From positions 1 to 59,299 of the IMG/VR virus record IMGVR_UViG_3300046000_006837: a stretch of 59,299 bases of DNA, one strand, 5' to 3'. Below, piece after piece: positions 8,629 through 17,146 of this stretch (position 1 is the stretch's first letter; each line of letters begins with the position of its first letter). Made by a program: the position numbers and the translations under genes. Under the pieces are notes generated by a model. That model saw nothing but the letters and a program-made list of their open reading frames with translations, had not been told where the DNA came from and searched no databases. The stretch is from a virus (lineage: Duplodnaviria; Caudoviricetes).

Positions 8629-8701
8629 ATTTTAAAGATAACATAACTTGTTTTTTTGCCCCGTCGGATTTAGTATCTGGCGGGGATTTTTTATGGCCAG
8701 T

Positions 8702-8744
8702 GAATTTCGCTCAGGGCAGGGCAAAGCCCTGCCTGAGTAATTTT
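8702..8744. repeat. cassette-boundary hairpin H8
   Basis: same stem as H7, loop aaa. Confidence 0.9.
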
Positions 8745-8971
8745 TGGCGGGATCCCTTTTTAACATTTCCTTAACTATACCAGGGAAAACATTAACACTC
8801 CGTTAACTACTAGGTATTGTTTTTATGCTTATCTTTGCAGTGTTATAAAGAGAGAGGGTAAATAGAAAGGCAAAAAATTAATTTAAAAAAAGTTTGCCTT
8901 AAATTTGGAAATTAGAAAATTAACCCTTATCTTTGCATCAGATTCTTAACCACTTTAAATTTTTAAAGACT
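8745..8971 (+). promoter_or_regulatory. Type III tandem-promoter block (copy 3)
   Basis: repeat of 5297-5520. Confidence 0.9.
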
Positions 8972-9709
8972 ATGATTATTTCAGAAGTAAAAGGCGCAAA
9001 TTTAAGCGCGAAGTATGTAGCTATTAGCTCACAAAAATTGATTAATGACCTTAAGTCTAATGGCTTTGAGATTTCAGACTTTAGAACTAAAAAGAAAGGT
9101 TCTAAAAGTTCCGCGCACCTTATTAGAATGAGGTACAATAAGGAATTAATCTTAAATGGTGAAACCTTATATCCGGAGGTCGTTATCCGTAATTCTTTTG
9201 ACGGAACGGTTGGGTTTGAATGTTCAATGGGAATATTCAGGTTAGTATGTGAAAACGGACTAACTGTAGCTGATTCCAGATTTGAAGCTAAGATTTACAA
9301 AATAAAGCATTTCGGAAAGAAAGCAATGGATATTTCGGAAAAGGTTATTTCGGGTGAAATTGTAGCTAACTTTTTTGAATTGTTACCTAAACTCGAAGAA
9401 TACGTATTGCAGCAAATGTCTGTAAACTTGACCGAAGAGAAGGCTATTGAATTTGCCATGAAGGCTGCTGCTTTGCGTTTTAAGAGAGCCTTTACAGAAA
9501 GTGAAGCCAAATTATTACTCACTTCAGAAAGGTTCGCAGATGATGATAATACGCTTTGGGCTATTCAGAATCGTCTTCAGGAAAAATTGATTAATGGGTT
9601 TGGGCTTGGGGCTATTCGCGGTAGAAAATATTCCTCATTAAAAGATCCTAATAAAATTGCGGTTATCAATGAGAGGTTAGCTAATCTTTCTATGGAGTTC
9701 GCAAATTAA
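8972..9709 (+). CDS. DUF932/DUF945-like phage/plasmid protein
   Basis: H.IR.R, NSFDGT, G.FRLVC.NGL, R..D...LW...NR.QE motifs. Confidence 0.75.
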   Translation: MIISEVKGANLSAKYVAISSQKLINDLKSNGFEISDFRTKKKGSKSSAHLIRMRYNKELILNGETLYPEVVIRNSFDGTVGFECSMGIFRLVCENGLTVADSRFEAKIYKIKHFGKKAMDISEKVISGEIVANFFELLPKLEEYVLQQMSVNLTEEKAIEFAMKAAALRFKRAFTESEAKLLLTSERFADDDNTLWAIQNRLQEKLINGFGLGAIRGRKYSSLKDPNKIAVINERLANLSMEFAN

Positions 9710-9796
9710 TTTAAAAAAATGTGGGGGAATGTTTGGAAATGTAAAATGTTCCCCCTATCTTTGCAGCATATTATTGACCACTTAAAAATTAAAAAC

Positions 9797-10231
9797 ATGA
9801 GAAGGATTAAGGTTAGATTCTCTTTACAGCGTGGAGAAAATTATATGAAATGGAGAGTGATTGATAGAGATGGGGTTGTCACATATTACAATCCATGTGA
9901 CGTTCAATTAATCATGAGAGGTTGCACGTTAAGGAACAATAAGAAATTAGCTACTAAGATTTACAATGGCGAAAGTACGAAGGTAGTGTGCGCCTGGATT
10001 TTATGTGATGAGTTAGAGATTAGACATTCTGATTTTATTAAGGGGTCTGATTTTAAAATCAAGTACAATCCTAAACTTGCCCCCCACTGGATGTTCCTGG
10101 GTGCAGATGTAGATGATAGGTATGTTTCTTACATTGTTTCGGTTGACTTTAAGTTACATATTGATTTGATTCCCGACGGTATGAAATTGGGAGGATACAA
10201 AACTTCGGGAGAAGAGCCCGCAGATTATTAA
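9797..10231 (+). CDS. hypothetical protein
   Basis: ATG 9797 after promoter at 9723-9763. Confidence 0.75.
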   Translation: MRRIKVRFSLQRGENYMKWRVIDRDGVVTYYNPCDVQLIMRGCTLRNNKKLATKIYNGESTKVVCAWILCDELEIRHSDFIKGSDFKIKYNPKLAPHWMFLGADVDDRYVSYIVSVDFKLHIDLIPDGMKLGGYKTSGEEPADY

Positions 10232-10284
10232 CAAAACATTAACGATAGGGGTATTGCATAATATATCCGATGCCCCTATCTTTG
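10228..10284 (+). promoter_or_regulatory. TTAAC-box / hairpin-embedded promoter
   Basis: TTAAC 10228, 10239; TATCTTTG 10277. Confidence 0.85.
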
Positions 10285-10318
10285 CACTATAATTATTCAC
10301 CACTTAATATTTTAAATC

Positions 10319-10801
10319 ATGCACAGTATTCATTTAGTTAGATTAAAAGCAGATTCTCATTCCGATGCTTATTCCATAGTAGAAGATTATCTATTCGATT
10401 GGGGCACAGAGAATAACTGGTTTACTATCCTGGGTTCTCATTGCAAAGAGGATAAATCATTTTCAGAATCTTTTGAAGAAAGATACGTAACTAAAGATGA
10501 ATTGCTTAATAACCCTGATAGATTTAATAGCCTAACAAATATATCTGATTACTACAAAGAGGCATTTGAAAAGGTAGCAAATTTTAAAGGTACTGTTTTA
10601 GTTGAACCTATAGATTGGTTTCTTGCATTAAATCATTGTAAGGAACAACATCAAAGAGCTTTACTTTCCGACCCTGATAAAATTGATATATGGTCGGATA
10701 CTTTCTATGATGGTTCTATAGATGAAAATGGGATTACAGAGCTTTACACAGGTGCAGATAGCCAATTAACTTTTATTGTGTTGGTTGATATGCACTCGTA
10801 A
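10319..10801 (+). CDS. acidic hypothetical protein
   Basis: 160-aa ORF ending VDMHS. Confidence 0.8.
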   Translation: MHSIHLVRLKADSHSDAYSIVEDYLFDWGTENNWFTILGSHCKEDKSFSESFEERYVTKDELLNNPDRFNSLTNISDYYKEAFEKVANFKGTVLVEPIDWFLALNHCKEQHQRALLSDPDKIDIWSDTFYDGSIDENGITELYTGADSQLTFIVLVDMHS

Positions 10802-10807
10802 AAAAAG

Positions 10808-10836
10808 CCCTCCTGGTTAACGCTGGGAGGGTTTTT
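10808..10836 (+). terminator. intrinsic terminator
   Basis: CCCTCCTGG/CTGGGAGGG then TTTTT. Confidence 0.8.
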
Positions 10837-10846
10837 CTATGCCAGT

Positions 10847-10889
10847 GAATTTCGCTCAGAGCAGAGCTCCGCTCTGCCTGAGTAAATTT
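10847..10889. repeat. cassette-boundary hairpin H9
   Basis: GAATTTCG CTCAGaGCAGAGC-tcc-GCTCTGCCTGAG TAAATTT. Confidence 0.9.
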
Positions 10890-11115
10890 TGGCGGGATCC
10901 CTTCTTAACATTTCCTTAACTATACCAGGGAAAACATTAACACTCCGTTAACTACTAGGCATTGTTTTTATGCTTATCTTTGCAGTGTTATAAAGAGAGA
11001 GGGTAAATAGAAAGGCAAAAAATTAATTTAAAAAAAGTTTGCCTTAAATTTGGAAATTAGAAAAATAACCCTTATCTTTGCATCAGATTCTTAACCACTT
11101 AACTTTTAAAAAATT
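10890..11115 (+). promoter_or_regulatory. Type III tandem-promoter block (copy 4)
   Basis: repeat of 5297-5520. Confidence 0.9.
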
Positions 11116-11823
11116 ATGTTAAAGCAAATTAATTTCAGATTAGGCGACGTTATTCACTGTATTGATATCAAGCCTAGTGCTACGCCTAAGCTCGCTCAAA
11201 AAGGCGAAATCATTCTGCAAACTTATCATTTTTCCATTGACCAGATTAATGAGGGTAGCCTAAAAAATGATTCTAAGGTGTGTTTTGATTGTAAGTTCTC
11301 TTATAATGCAAACGGTGGAAAATCAGGCGGTTGCTATACCCATGCGAACGGATCCCTAGCTTGGGGATTGGTTGCAAAATTAAAGGCTTTAAAAAGGCGT
11401 TTAGACAACGGATTAATTCCAGAAGGGACGGACGGTGTAATGGAACAAATTACAAGCGTTACAAAAAAGGTTAAAATATCCTTTGCTCGAATGGGAACGT
11501 ATGGGGAGCCTACCTTATTACCTTTTGAATTGCTAGAACAAATAAGGCCTTTGGTCGGCAAAGTATCGGGCTATACTCACCAATGGCATAAACCAGAGAA
11601 TAAGCAATATGCAAAATACTTAATGGCAAGTACGCATAATATCTTTGACGTAAAATTGGCCGAAGGTTTAGGATTCAGGTCTTACAATGCTAGCCAGGTT
11701 GAAGGTGCTATCCTTTGTCCATCAGCGCCAACCATAGCAAAGGAGAAGCAAGTAAGTTGCGCTAAATGTGGATTGTGTGAAGGTGGAAAGAAAGCTAAGA
11801 ATATTTACAATGTAATCCATTAA
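11116..11823 (+). CDS. Cys-rich putative Fe-S protein, paralog of 5521..6225
   Basis: QTYHF, GGCYTH, RMGTYGE, YTHQW, MASTH shared. Confidence 0.55.
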   Translation: MLKQINFRLGDVIHCIDIKPSATPKLAQKGEIILQTYHFSIDQINEGSLKNDSKVCFDCKFSYNANGGKSGGCYTHANGSLAWGLVAKLKALKRRLDNGLIPEGTDGVMEQITSVTKKVKISFARMGTYGEPTLLPFELLEQIRPLVGKVSGYTHQWHKPENKQYAKYLMASTHNIFDVKLAEGLGFRSYNASQVEGAILCPSAPTIAKEKQVSCAKCGLCEGGKKAKNIYNVIH

Positions 11824-11906
11824 CATAATCTTAACGTGGGGGGATTTGGTTTTCTCAATTACCCCCCCTATATTTGCATCATAATTAATCACTTAAATTG
11901 TAAAAC

Positions 11907-12116
11907 ATGAAAAGTAAATATGATAATATATTAAAGGCATACGAAAAGGTGCTAGGCATGGCAGAAGCTAAGTTACAAAATGCCATTGACAAAAATAAAG
12001 AATGGGATATTGAACATTATAAAACTGATGTTCAAACGATAAAGAATGAAATTGAGTTCACAAATAATCTCAAAAAGAATGAACTTGAAATCAAAAAAAA
12101 TGCTAAAAAAAGTTAA
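11907..12116 (+). CDS. hypothetical coiled-coil protein
   Basis: ORF after promoter 11820-11876. Confidence 0.7.
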   Translation: MKSKYDNILKAYEKVLGMAEAKLQNAIDKNKEWDIEHYKTDVQTIKNEIEFTNNLKKNELEIKKNAKKS

Positions 12117-12213
12117 ATTAAATTAACAAAACATTAACGATAGGGGTATTGCATATTATATCCGATACCCTTATCTTTGCATCATAATTAATCACCACTT
12201 AATATTTAAACTT

Positions 12214-12546
12214 ATGGCAATTTACGGAGATGGAAAGCACAATGAAAACATGGAACACATTGAGCAGCCAATGGAAACTTTTGATTTTTTCCTTGACCAA
12301 AAAATAACTACATGGATGCGTACTAGATTTAGCGTGGAGGCTACATCAAGAGAGGAGGCGATAGAGAAAGCTAAGAAGGAGTATGAGGAGTTATGTTGGG
12401 ATGAATCTTGGGAGGAGATTCCGGACGTTCAAGAAACAATGAGTGTAAGAGATAACGCTGGTTTTAGCACCGAAGAAGTTTACATACATGAATTTCCGAC
12501 AATTAAGATTTGGGAGAATGGCATGAATTCTTTAGACCATTTTTAA
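12214..12546 (+). CDS. hypothetical protein
   Basis: ORF after promoter 12123-12179; VEA.S.EEA.EKA motif. Confidence 0.75.
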   Translation: MAIYGDGKHNENMEHIEQPMETFDFFLDQKITTWMRTRFSVEATSREEAIEKAKKEYEELCWDESWEEIPDVQETMSVRDNAGFSTEEVYIHEFPTIKIWENGMNSLDHF

Positions 12547-12631
12547 CAAAACATTAACGATAGGGGTATTGCATAGTATATCCAATACCCTTATCTTTGC
12601 CACATATTAATCATCACTTAAAAAACAAAAA

Positions 12632-12937
12632 ATGCACGTTTCAGAAAAAAATGTAGCAGGCACTTCTTTCCACGGGGATACCATTAATGCGTCGGTTAAA
12701 GAGCTAACTAAAATTCTTGGTAAACCTACTTATGAGGATAAATCCATAGTAGAGAAAGTAAACTTTGAATGGGTTCTAGAAACTTCAAATGGACACGTTG
12801 TTACTTTGTACACTTGGAAAGAATATAGAAGGTTTAAAAAGAGCGAGGTAGTTAACTTGCACATAGGAGGATTTAAAAAATCAGCTACTTCAATAGCCAA
12901 AGGAGAACTAGAATTTTTGTTGAACTTAAAAAGATAA
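12632..12937 (+). CDS. hypothetical protein
   Basis: ORF after promoter 12543-12599. Confidence 0.75.
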   Translation: MHVSEKNVAGTSFHGDTINASVKELTKILGKPTYEDKSIVEKVNFEWVLETSNGHVVTLYTWKEYRRFKKSEVVNLHIGGFKKSATSIAKGELEFLLNLKR

Positions 12938-12942
12938 TAACC

Positions 12943-13107
12943 ATGATAACTTTAAAGGAAATTTCAAGAAGAGATTTAGTAGAGGCTTTAGAAGTATTAC
13001 TTTCAGATGAGTTTGATTCATCAGAGCTTGTTTACTTGACCGAAGAAGAACTCATTAGGTCTATAATTACCGCAGCTATTTTCTACAAGGAAGCAGCTAA
13101 TGATTAA
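12943..13107 (+). CDS. small acidic protein (54 aa, not in ORF track)
   Basis: MITLKEISRRDLVEALEVLL...EAAND*, translated by hand. Confidence 0.6.
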   Translation: MITLKEISRRDLVEALEVLLSDEFDSSELVYLTEEELIRSIITAAIFYKEAAND

Positions 13108-13117
13108 ATAAAAAGTA

Positions 13118-13242
13118 AGTCAGGTAGCTCAGTTGGGTAGAGCAACCGGTGACAACGGTTCGAGTCCGTTCCATACGAAAGTGTGAGGTGTGTAGGGTAG
13201 CAAGCGGGTGTGACGCAGGTTCGATTCCTGTCCTGACTTCCA
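13118..13242 (+). ncRNA. tRNA-like RNA T1 with encoded CCA and expanded anticodon region
   Basis: AGTCAGG/CCTGACT acceptor, GCTC/GAGC D-stem, GCAGG-TTCGATT-CCTGT T-arm, TCCA end. Confidence 0.8.
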
Positions 13243-13269
13243 AAGGTTAATAGATGTTTAAGTGGTTTG

Positions 13270-13301
13270 GCTCCTGGCAGTAGATGTCAGGAGTTTTTTT
13301 T
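13270..13301 (+). terminator. intrinsic terminator
   Basis: GCTCCTGGCA/TGTCAGGAGT then T run. Confidence 0.85.
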
Positions 13302-13310
13302 GTTGCCAGT

Positions 13311-13353
13311 GAATTTCGCTCAGAGCAGAGCGAAGCTCTGCCTGAGTAAATTT
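13311..13353. repeat. cassette-boundary hairpin H10
   Basis: same stem as H9, loop gaa. Confidence 0.9.
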
Positions 13354-13405
13354 TCCCCCTCCTCCTTTCCAGGATGGCCAGGGATCTATGGGGGAAATCC
13401 AGGCG

Positions 13406-13605
13406 TTAACATTTTTTAACATTTCTTTAAGATCCTTTTAACATTTGAAATTAGGATATTAGATAGATTGGGTGTATCTTTGCAATGTCAATTAGATGAT
13501 GGGGAATAGATGAGATATGGTATGGGTTACATTTTACTACATTTCATTTTAACATGACTTTAACATTTTAGGATTAGGATATTAGATGGAATGTCATTAT
13601 CTTTG
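13406..13605 (+). promoter_or_regulatory. two tandem TTAAC-box promoters
   Basis: TTAAC/TTAAG 13406, 13416, 13427, 13438 with TATCTTTG 13475; TTAAC 13549, 13560 with TATCTTTG 13598. Confidence 0.8.
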
Positions 13606-13640
13606 CGACATATTATTAACCACTTTAAATTTTTAGAATC

Positions 13641-14210
13641 ATGCCAAATTGGTGTTCAAATTGTATCTCATTTGAAGGTAATGAGAAAGCTATGGAAACA
13701 TTTAGAAAAGATGTTGCCAGTATTGAGGACGGTCATTGTATATTTACTGCATTGACTGATTTTAAAGAAGAATGGTGTTATGATGATTGGTGTAATGAGT
13801 TCGGCACTAAATGGAGTGTAACGATGGACGATGACATTAGGAGTAACGTGAAAGAATGTGATTACTTTAATTGTGAAACGGCTTGGAGTCCATGTACGGA
13901 ATTTGTTAAGAAGGTATGTAAGAAGTACGGAATAGAAGGACGGATTGAATATACAGAAGGGGGGTGTGACATTGCAGGTATTGTTGAGATTGATGTAAAT
14001 GGTGATGAAGTAAGTAGAAGAGATATGACTTATAATGAATATCAGTATGAAGAAGTACCTGAGAGTTTCTTCTATGATTTTATTATGAATGTTGAAGATG
14101 GATTGATTGAAAGTGAGGAGCAGATAAGAGAAGAATATTCATTTGTTACTGAGGAGGATATGTTGGAATTGATTGTATTGTTTAATGAGAATGTCCCCTC
14201 GAAAAATTAA
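13641..14210 (+). CDS. YubB/Api92-like ferredoxin-fold protein
   Basis: MPNWC.N, W....FGTKW, TAWSP motifs. Confidence 0.6.
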   Translation: MPNWCSNCISFEGNEKAMETFRKDVASIEDGHCIFTALTDFKEEWCYDDWCNEFGTKWSVTMDDDIRSNVKECDYFNCETAWSPCTEFVKKVCKKYGIEGRIEYTEGGCDIAGIVEIDVNGDEVSRRDMTYNEYQYEEVPESFFYDFIMNVEDGLIESEEQIREEYSFVTEEDMLELIVLFNENVPSKN

Positions 14211-14294
14211 CATAATATTAACATGAGGGGATTTGGTTTTCTCAATTATCCCCCCTATATTTGCACTATATTCTTTACCACTAAACTAAAAAAA

Positions 14295-15020
14295 ATGGGC
14301 GACCAAAAAATTAAGATTGTAGAAGATTTTGTATGGCTATTGATTACCGACAAAGCTAAGGAAGTTTACCAGTCGGGTTTATTTGATGGTTCTATCTGTG
14401 CGCTACATGATGACGGTAGCGAGAGTTTATGTGATACCTACGAAGACCTTACCGAAGCATTAGAGAGAGGTCTTGAAATCGGAATAGAGGTTGGCCATAT
14501 AACCAAACCAAAACCTAAAGAAGTAGAATGGTATAATACCCTATACAATTTAGATGTTACGACCTTCAGGAACTTAGACCCTATCATGGAAGCTAAGACA
14601 GATGAGGAGTGGATTAAGGCAGGAGAACAGGGCATTCCAGCTTGGTGCTACTACGACAATGACCCAGCGAACAACGAACTATTTGGCAAGCTATATAATT
14701 GGCATGCGGTAAATGATAAGAGAGGACTTGCACCCGAAGGATTTAGAATTCCAACCATAGAGGAGTTAGATAACTTATATATTAGCCCAGGTTATTTGTA
14801 TCCGTCAGGGTCTCGTACTCATGAGAAAACCAGTTATGGGAAGTACTTTAATAGCTTTGATGCTATTAGAGAAATGGGGTTCTTTTGGAGTTCTACGGAA
14901 GATGATATTGATAGAAATTTTGCTTGGTACAGATACTTTACGAATCACCCTGATAACAATGCGGGCATAGATGTAAATCATAAGTCAATGGGTGCATCGG
15001 TTATCTGCATCAAAGATTAA
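14295..15020 (+). CDS. protein with C-terminal FISUMP (Fibrobacter succinogenes major paralogous) domain
   Basis: GKLYNW.AV.D.RGLAP.G.RIPT, FFWSST, G.SV.C motifs. Confidence 0.7.
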   Translation: MGDQKIKIVEDFVWLLITDKAKEVYQSGLFDGSICALHDDGSESLCDTYEDLTEALERGLEIGIEVGHITKPKPKEVEWYNTLYNLDVTTFRNLDPIMEAKTDEEWIKAGEQGIPAWCYYDNDPANNELFGKLYNWHAVNDKRGLAPEGFRIPTIEELDNLYISPGYLYPSGSRTHEKTSYGKYFNSFDAIREMGFFWSSTEDDIDRNFAWYRYFTNHPDNNAGIDVNHKSMGASVICIKD

Positions 15021-15104
15021 CATAATCTTAACATGGGGGGATTTGGTTTTCTCGAATATCCCCCCTATATTTGCATCATATTATTCACCACTTTAAAAAA
15101 CAAC

Positions 15105-15317
15105 ATGAGAAATAGTAAAGAATGGATAGCTGTCTTAAATGGCACAAGGATTGATTCTAATGGGTTCTATTGCAGTGAGTTCTTTCGTAGGACATGTGTT
15201 ACCTCCTACAATAAGAAAGAAGCTGTACGATTACTCTCGAAGGCTAAGATGCACTACTTCGGTACTTATAAGATTCCCAAGGAAGTTAGGATGAGGACAG
15301 GCATCATTTCTAATTAA
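15105..15317 (+). CDS. hypothetical protein, tandem duplicate A
   Basis: near-identical to 15401..15601 including promoter. Confidence 0.75.
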   Translation: MRNSKEWIAVLNGTRIDSNGFYCSEFFRRTCVTSYNKKEAVRLLSKAKMHYFGTYKIPKEVRMRTGIISN

Positions 15318-15400
15318 CAAAATATTAACATGGGGGGATTTGGTTTTCTCGAATATCCCCCCTATATTTGCATCATATTATTCATCACTTAAAAAACAAC

Positions 15401-15601
15401 ATGAGAAATAGTAAAGAATGGATAGCTGTCTTAAATGGCACAAGGATTGATTCTAATGGGTTCTACTGTGGTGCGGCCTGTGTTACCTCATACAATAAGA
15501 AAGAGGCCATACGATTACTCTCTAAGGCTAAGATGCATTACTTCGGTACCTATAAGATTAGTAAGGAAGTTAGAAGGAATACAAACATCTACGCTAATTA
15601 A
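15401..15601 (+). CDS. hypothetical protein, tandem duplicate B
   Basis: near-identical to 15105..15317. Confidence 0.75.
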   Translation: MRNSKEWIAVLNGTRIDSNGFYCGAACVTSYNKKEAIRLLSKAKMHYFGTYKISKEVRRNTNIYAN

Positions 15602-15687
15602 CAAAACTTTAACATGAGGGGTATTGTATATATCATGTAAGCTCCTTATCTTTGTATCATATTAATAATCACTTTAAATTTTAAATC

Positions 15688-15918
15688 ATGCAGTTAGATA
15701 AAGTAATGTTGGATAAATTGGAATCTTGGTTTGAGACCTATAATCCTGATAGTATGTTATTAAATTTTGATATAGATGAAGAGGAGGATGAGTTGATGTA
15801 TAAAGATTATCAAGAGTTAATGGAGTTACTGGAGAGAGCTAAGAAGAATGAGTTAACAGATGATGATAAAGATGTTATAGAATTCCATTTAGATTGTATT
15901 GCAAATGATGAAGATTAA
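15688..15918 (+). CDS. highly acidic small protein
   Basis: D/E-rich ORF after promoter 15598-15654. Confidence 0.75.
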   Translation: MQLDKVMLDKLESWFETYNPDSMLLNFDIDEEEDELMYKDYQELMELLERAKKNELTDDDKDVIEFHLDCIANDED

Positions 15919-15948
15919 TTTTTAGTCACCGCGAAAAACTTAAAAAAA

Positions 15949-16218
15949 ATGTCAGTATTCAAGTATTTAGAAGATTTTCTTCCAGGGAGAGACCCAAACA
16001 ATTTTGTATTCACTGTGTTAGAACCTCTATATAATGAAGAATTTACATGGGATATATTAGATATCCTTGATGAAATAAATAGAGACAGGTTAGCTGATTG
16101 GACTGACTACTCAAAGGATGATTGGTTTGATGGTTGGTCGGAATGGTGTGAGGGTGATGTCTATAAAATTCTCTCCATAGAAGACAAGGGAGATATAATA
16201 CACAAACCTTTCATGTAG
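15949..16218 (+). CDS. acidic Trp-rich protein, tandem paralog A
   Basis: DEINRDR..DW.DY...WFDGW shared with next gene. Confidence 0.8.
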   Translation: MSVFKYLEDFLPGRDPNNFVFTVLEPLYNEEFTWDILDILDEINRDRLADWTDYSKDDWFDGWSEWCEGDVYKILSIEDKGDIIHKPFM

Positions 16219-16253
16219 ATAAATTATTAGTCACCAGGAAAAACTTAAAAAAA

Positions 16254-16535
16254 ATGTTAGTATTCAAGTATTTAGAAGATTTCTTACCAGGCAGACCTGT
16301 CGATGATTTTGTGTTCACAGTGTTTGATAAGCACAGCGATGAAGAACTTATATGGGATATACTAGATGTCCTTGACGAAATAAACAGAGATAGGACTGCG
16401 GATTGGATTGACTACACGGAAGATAATTGGTTTGATGGTTGGGCTTCATGGTGTGAGGATGATGCGTACACAATACTATCAATAGAGGATAGGGGAGATA
16501 AAGTGAACAAACCTTTCCTATCTATGCACATGTAG
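16254..16535 (+). CDS. acidic Trp-rich protein, tandem paralog B
   Basis: paralog of 15949..16218. Confidence 0.8.
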   Translation: MLVFKYLEDFLPGRPVDDFVFTVFDKHSDEELIWDILDVLDEINRDRTADWIDYTEDNWFDGWASWCEDDAYTILSIEDRGDKVNKPFLSMHM

Positions 16536-16542
16536 ATAAAAT

Positions 16543-16675
16543 AGCAAGGTGGCGTAATTGGTAGACGCATATATGGTGTAAGTGAATCTAACTCGCGAGG
16601 TAGTTGAGCGGAGAATAAAGCACCAGATAGATGAAGTTACTTATCATCATGCAGGTTCGAATCCTGCCCTTGCTA
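16543..16675 (+). ncRNA. tRNA-Leu-like RNA T2 with anticodon-arm insert
   Basis: AGCAAGG/CCTTGCT, TGGCGTAATTGGTAGACGC, GCAGG-TTCGAAT-CCTGC. Confidence 0.85.
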
Positions 16676-16689
16676 CTAAAATTGTAATT

Positions 16690-16866
16690 ATGGAAATAGC
16701 AATGATTGTAGGATGGGTATTTTTAATATCGAGTTGGACAATACCATCTTTTATTAAAGATGTACCTATTAAAGACGTATCTAAAAGAAGATTTGTAGGA
16801 CTAATGTTATCAACTTTAGCAACAGGTGTTTTTATAGGTCATGGATTATCTTTATTATTTAGTTAA
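16690..16866 (+). CDS. small two-helix membrane protein
   Basis: ATG just after T2. Confidence 0.6.
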   Translation: MEIAMIVGWVFLISSWTIPSFIKDVPIKDVSKRRFVGLMLSTLATGVFIGHGLSLLFS

Positions 16867-16879
16867 TTTAAAATTAATT

Positions 16880-16953
16880 AGCAAGGTAGCGTAACGGTAA
16901 CGCAATGAACAGGGAAGGCTGCATAGATACAGGTTCGAATCCTGTCCTTGCTA
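16880..16953 (+). ncRNA. tRNA-like RNA T3 (74 nt, non-canonical anticodon arm)
   Basis: AGCAAGG/CCTTGCT, GCGT/ACGC D-stem, bulged anticodon stem with 6-nt loop, ACAGG-TTCGAAT-CCTGT. Confidence 0.8.
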
Positions 16954-16968
16954 CAAAAAAATAATAAC

Positions 16969-17145
16969 ATGAGCTACGAACCAAAGTATATTGAGCAGCC
17001 AGTTGTGAGCGTGCATGATTCAGGTGAGCAGGGACCTATGCTTGTAATCCACAGTTACATCAACCAGAAGGGTAAGATGATTCTAAGCAAAGACGAAGCA
17101 TCCCTGCTGTTTCTAGAGTTGTATAAATTCATTCAAAACAACTAA
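16969..17145 (+). CDS. hypothetical protein
   Basis: ATG just after T3. Confidence 0.6.
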   Translation: MSYEPKYIEQPVVSVHDSGEQGPMLVIHSYINQKGKMILSKDEASLLFLELYKFIQNN

Positions 17146-17146
17146 C

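Noticed and set aside
1002-13353. CRISPR array interpretation of the repeated palindromes
   Set aside because: The repeats are 0.7-2.5 kb apart with whole genes between them, their inner sequence varies, and no cas genes are present.
1002-13353. IS200/IS605, REP/RAYT or MITE elements
   Set aside because: No transposase, target duplications or paired element ends were seen; the HUH/attC analogy is kept only as a hypothesis.
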